Sequence record: KU686213.1
DNA: 64,000 nucleotides
Reading direction: 5' to 3' (one strand)
Shown: one piece after another, positions 62,916 to 64,000 of the stretch
Layout of the letters: every line of letters starts with the position of its first letter
Numbering within the stretch: the stretch's first letter is position 1
Made by a program: the position numbers and the translations under genes
The notes under the pieces: model-generated
What the model saw: the letters and a program-made list of their open reading frames with translations, nothing else
Database searches by the model: none
What the model was told of the DNA's origin: nothing

Positions 62916-63506
62916 ATGTCACCGTATGATGTCTACACAACATACCTAGCAATGAAAAAGCACTTTACTGATGCTAAATTTGACTTCTTTAGATACAATG
63001 GTAAGACACGAGCCTCTGTAACTGCATTCAATAAAAGAAAAGACAAGTACTTCTTTGAACGTATGAGTCGCAAACTATCAGACGATGAAGTCAAAATGTA
63101 CTTCATCGCAAATTTTGTAGCTACTGAGAACCCATCAGCAGTTTGGGTCGGTGAAATTATGCAGAGTGGTGAGAGACACTATAAAAATCTCTCAAAAAAA
63201 TATCAAAGTATTACATACACATTCAGTCAAGAGTGCTCTACATTATTTGACGAATACACATTACCCCAACTATTTGATTCAAGTAAAGGTCACCCACCTA
63301 TAATTAAGAGGTACTTAGGAGGAGATATATCAATAGAGACTCTCACTATATTGGATATGATTTTTGGTTTCTGTGCTAAAATAGATACTAAGCTGAGTGA
63401 TCCAGTTTGGGAGACCGTCAGCTTTAAGGTAAAAAAGTACCGCCCGTTTATAAATATCGATATCACTAAATGTAAATCAATCCTAAGAGACATTATTCAT
63501 GCCTGA
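62916..63506 (+). CDS. gp59: Helicase loader gp59
   Basis: Y..YLAMKKHFT..K.DFFRY.GK...F.KRKDKYFFE; HPPIIKRYLGG.IS.ET. Start placed at ATG 62916. Confidence 0.9.
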   Translation: MSPYDVYTTYLAMKKHFTDAKFDFFRYNGKTRASVTAFNKRKDKYFFERMSRKLSDDEVKMYFIANFVATENPSAVWVGEIMQSGERHYKNLSKKYQSITYTFSQECSTLFDEYTLPQLFDSSKGHPPIIKRYLGGDISIETLTILDMIFGFCAKIDTKLSDPVWETVSFKVKKYRPFINIDITKCKSILRDIIHA

Positions 63507-63909
63507 AGACACTTTTTTCTCATCACAAGCAGTTCTTGATTCAATTGAAGAGATTGTAGATCTTCAAAATCAGGTATTGTTATTCTCTCAATATGCTGAG
63601 TTTGCTACTATTAATGAACAGCAAGATAATCTAGACATTCTTCGTCGTCTTATGTCTAAGCAGAAGAATATGTGCTTTAGATGTACAATGACAGACTCAC
63701 CCGATGCAAAAAAACTATTAAATGAGGTCTTATCTCACTTTGAAGATTACGGACATACGGTCGATAGAGACAATCCTATGTTGGTATTTGATGAAGTTAG
63801 TGATAATCTGGACGATATTGAGTTTGAGTTAGACTTCTTCAGTAAGTATGGTAGATATCCAGATGATGAAGAACCTGGTGGCGAAACTCCACCAACAACT
63901 ATGTTTTAA
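63499..63909 (+). CDS. Conserved cyanomyovirus hypothetical protein following gp59
   Basis: FFSS..V...IEEI..LQ...L..KQK.MCFR...TD.PDA. Confidence 0.7.
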   Translation: MPEDTFFSSQAVLDSIEEIVDLQNQVLLFSQYAEFATINEQQDNLDILRRLMSKQKNMCFRCTMTDSPDAKKLLNEVLSHFEDYGHTVDRDNPMLVFDEVSDNLDDIEFELDFFSKYGRYPDDEEPGGETPPTTMF

Positions 63910-63916
63910 TTAACAA

Positions 63917-63959
63917 ACTGTCCACTAGGCTTGGCATCCTATCTATTATCTAGTATAAT
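63917..63959 (+). promoter_or_regulatory. Sigma70 promoter with ACTGTCCAC box, for a gene beyond the window (gp32 expected by synteny)
   Basis: actgtccac; TTGGCA-N17-TATAAT. Confidence 0.7.
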
Positions 63960-64000
63960 AAACAAGTTCAGCCAGTTATCCAATCAATCCGAACAATCCT

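Overview
This is a 64-kb piece of a T4-like cyanomyovirus genome with all real genes on the + strand. Core T4-like genes are gp61 primase, nrdA, nrdB, glutaredoxin, thyX, phoH, an exonuclease, gp33 and gp59. Cyanophage auxiliary genes are hli, a CpcT/CpeT lyase and peptide deformylase. An 8.3-kb sugar-nucleotide/glycosyltransferase island (gmd, fcl/colC-like, a ColD-type His-for-Lys PLP enzyme, GT11, GT8-like, GT25, LicD, a methyltransferase) sits directly before a block of collagen-like and repeat-rich fibre genes, including a 4168-aa protein and two fibres with S74 chaperone domains. Both sigma70-type promoters and T4-type late promoters (TATAAATA/CTAAATA) are visible. The best leads are non-coding or recoding signals. 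(1) A -1 frameshift signal (U UUU UUU, 5-nt spacer, 13-bp stem-loop) would fuse a C39-like peptidase to a GH24 lysozyme that has no start codon of its own. (2) Tandem glutamine-riboswitch-like aptamers precede YRG-motif micropeptides. (3) A four-unit hairpin-UGGYG RNA array lies before the sugar island. (4) An anti-RBS complementary element brackets a late promoter of a tail-fibre gene. (5) A 36-nt promoter-leader element occurs twice, 51 kb apart. (6) The sugar genes may form a GDP-colitose pathway. All family assignments come from motif recognition by eye; no database searches were run.
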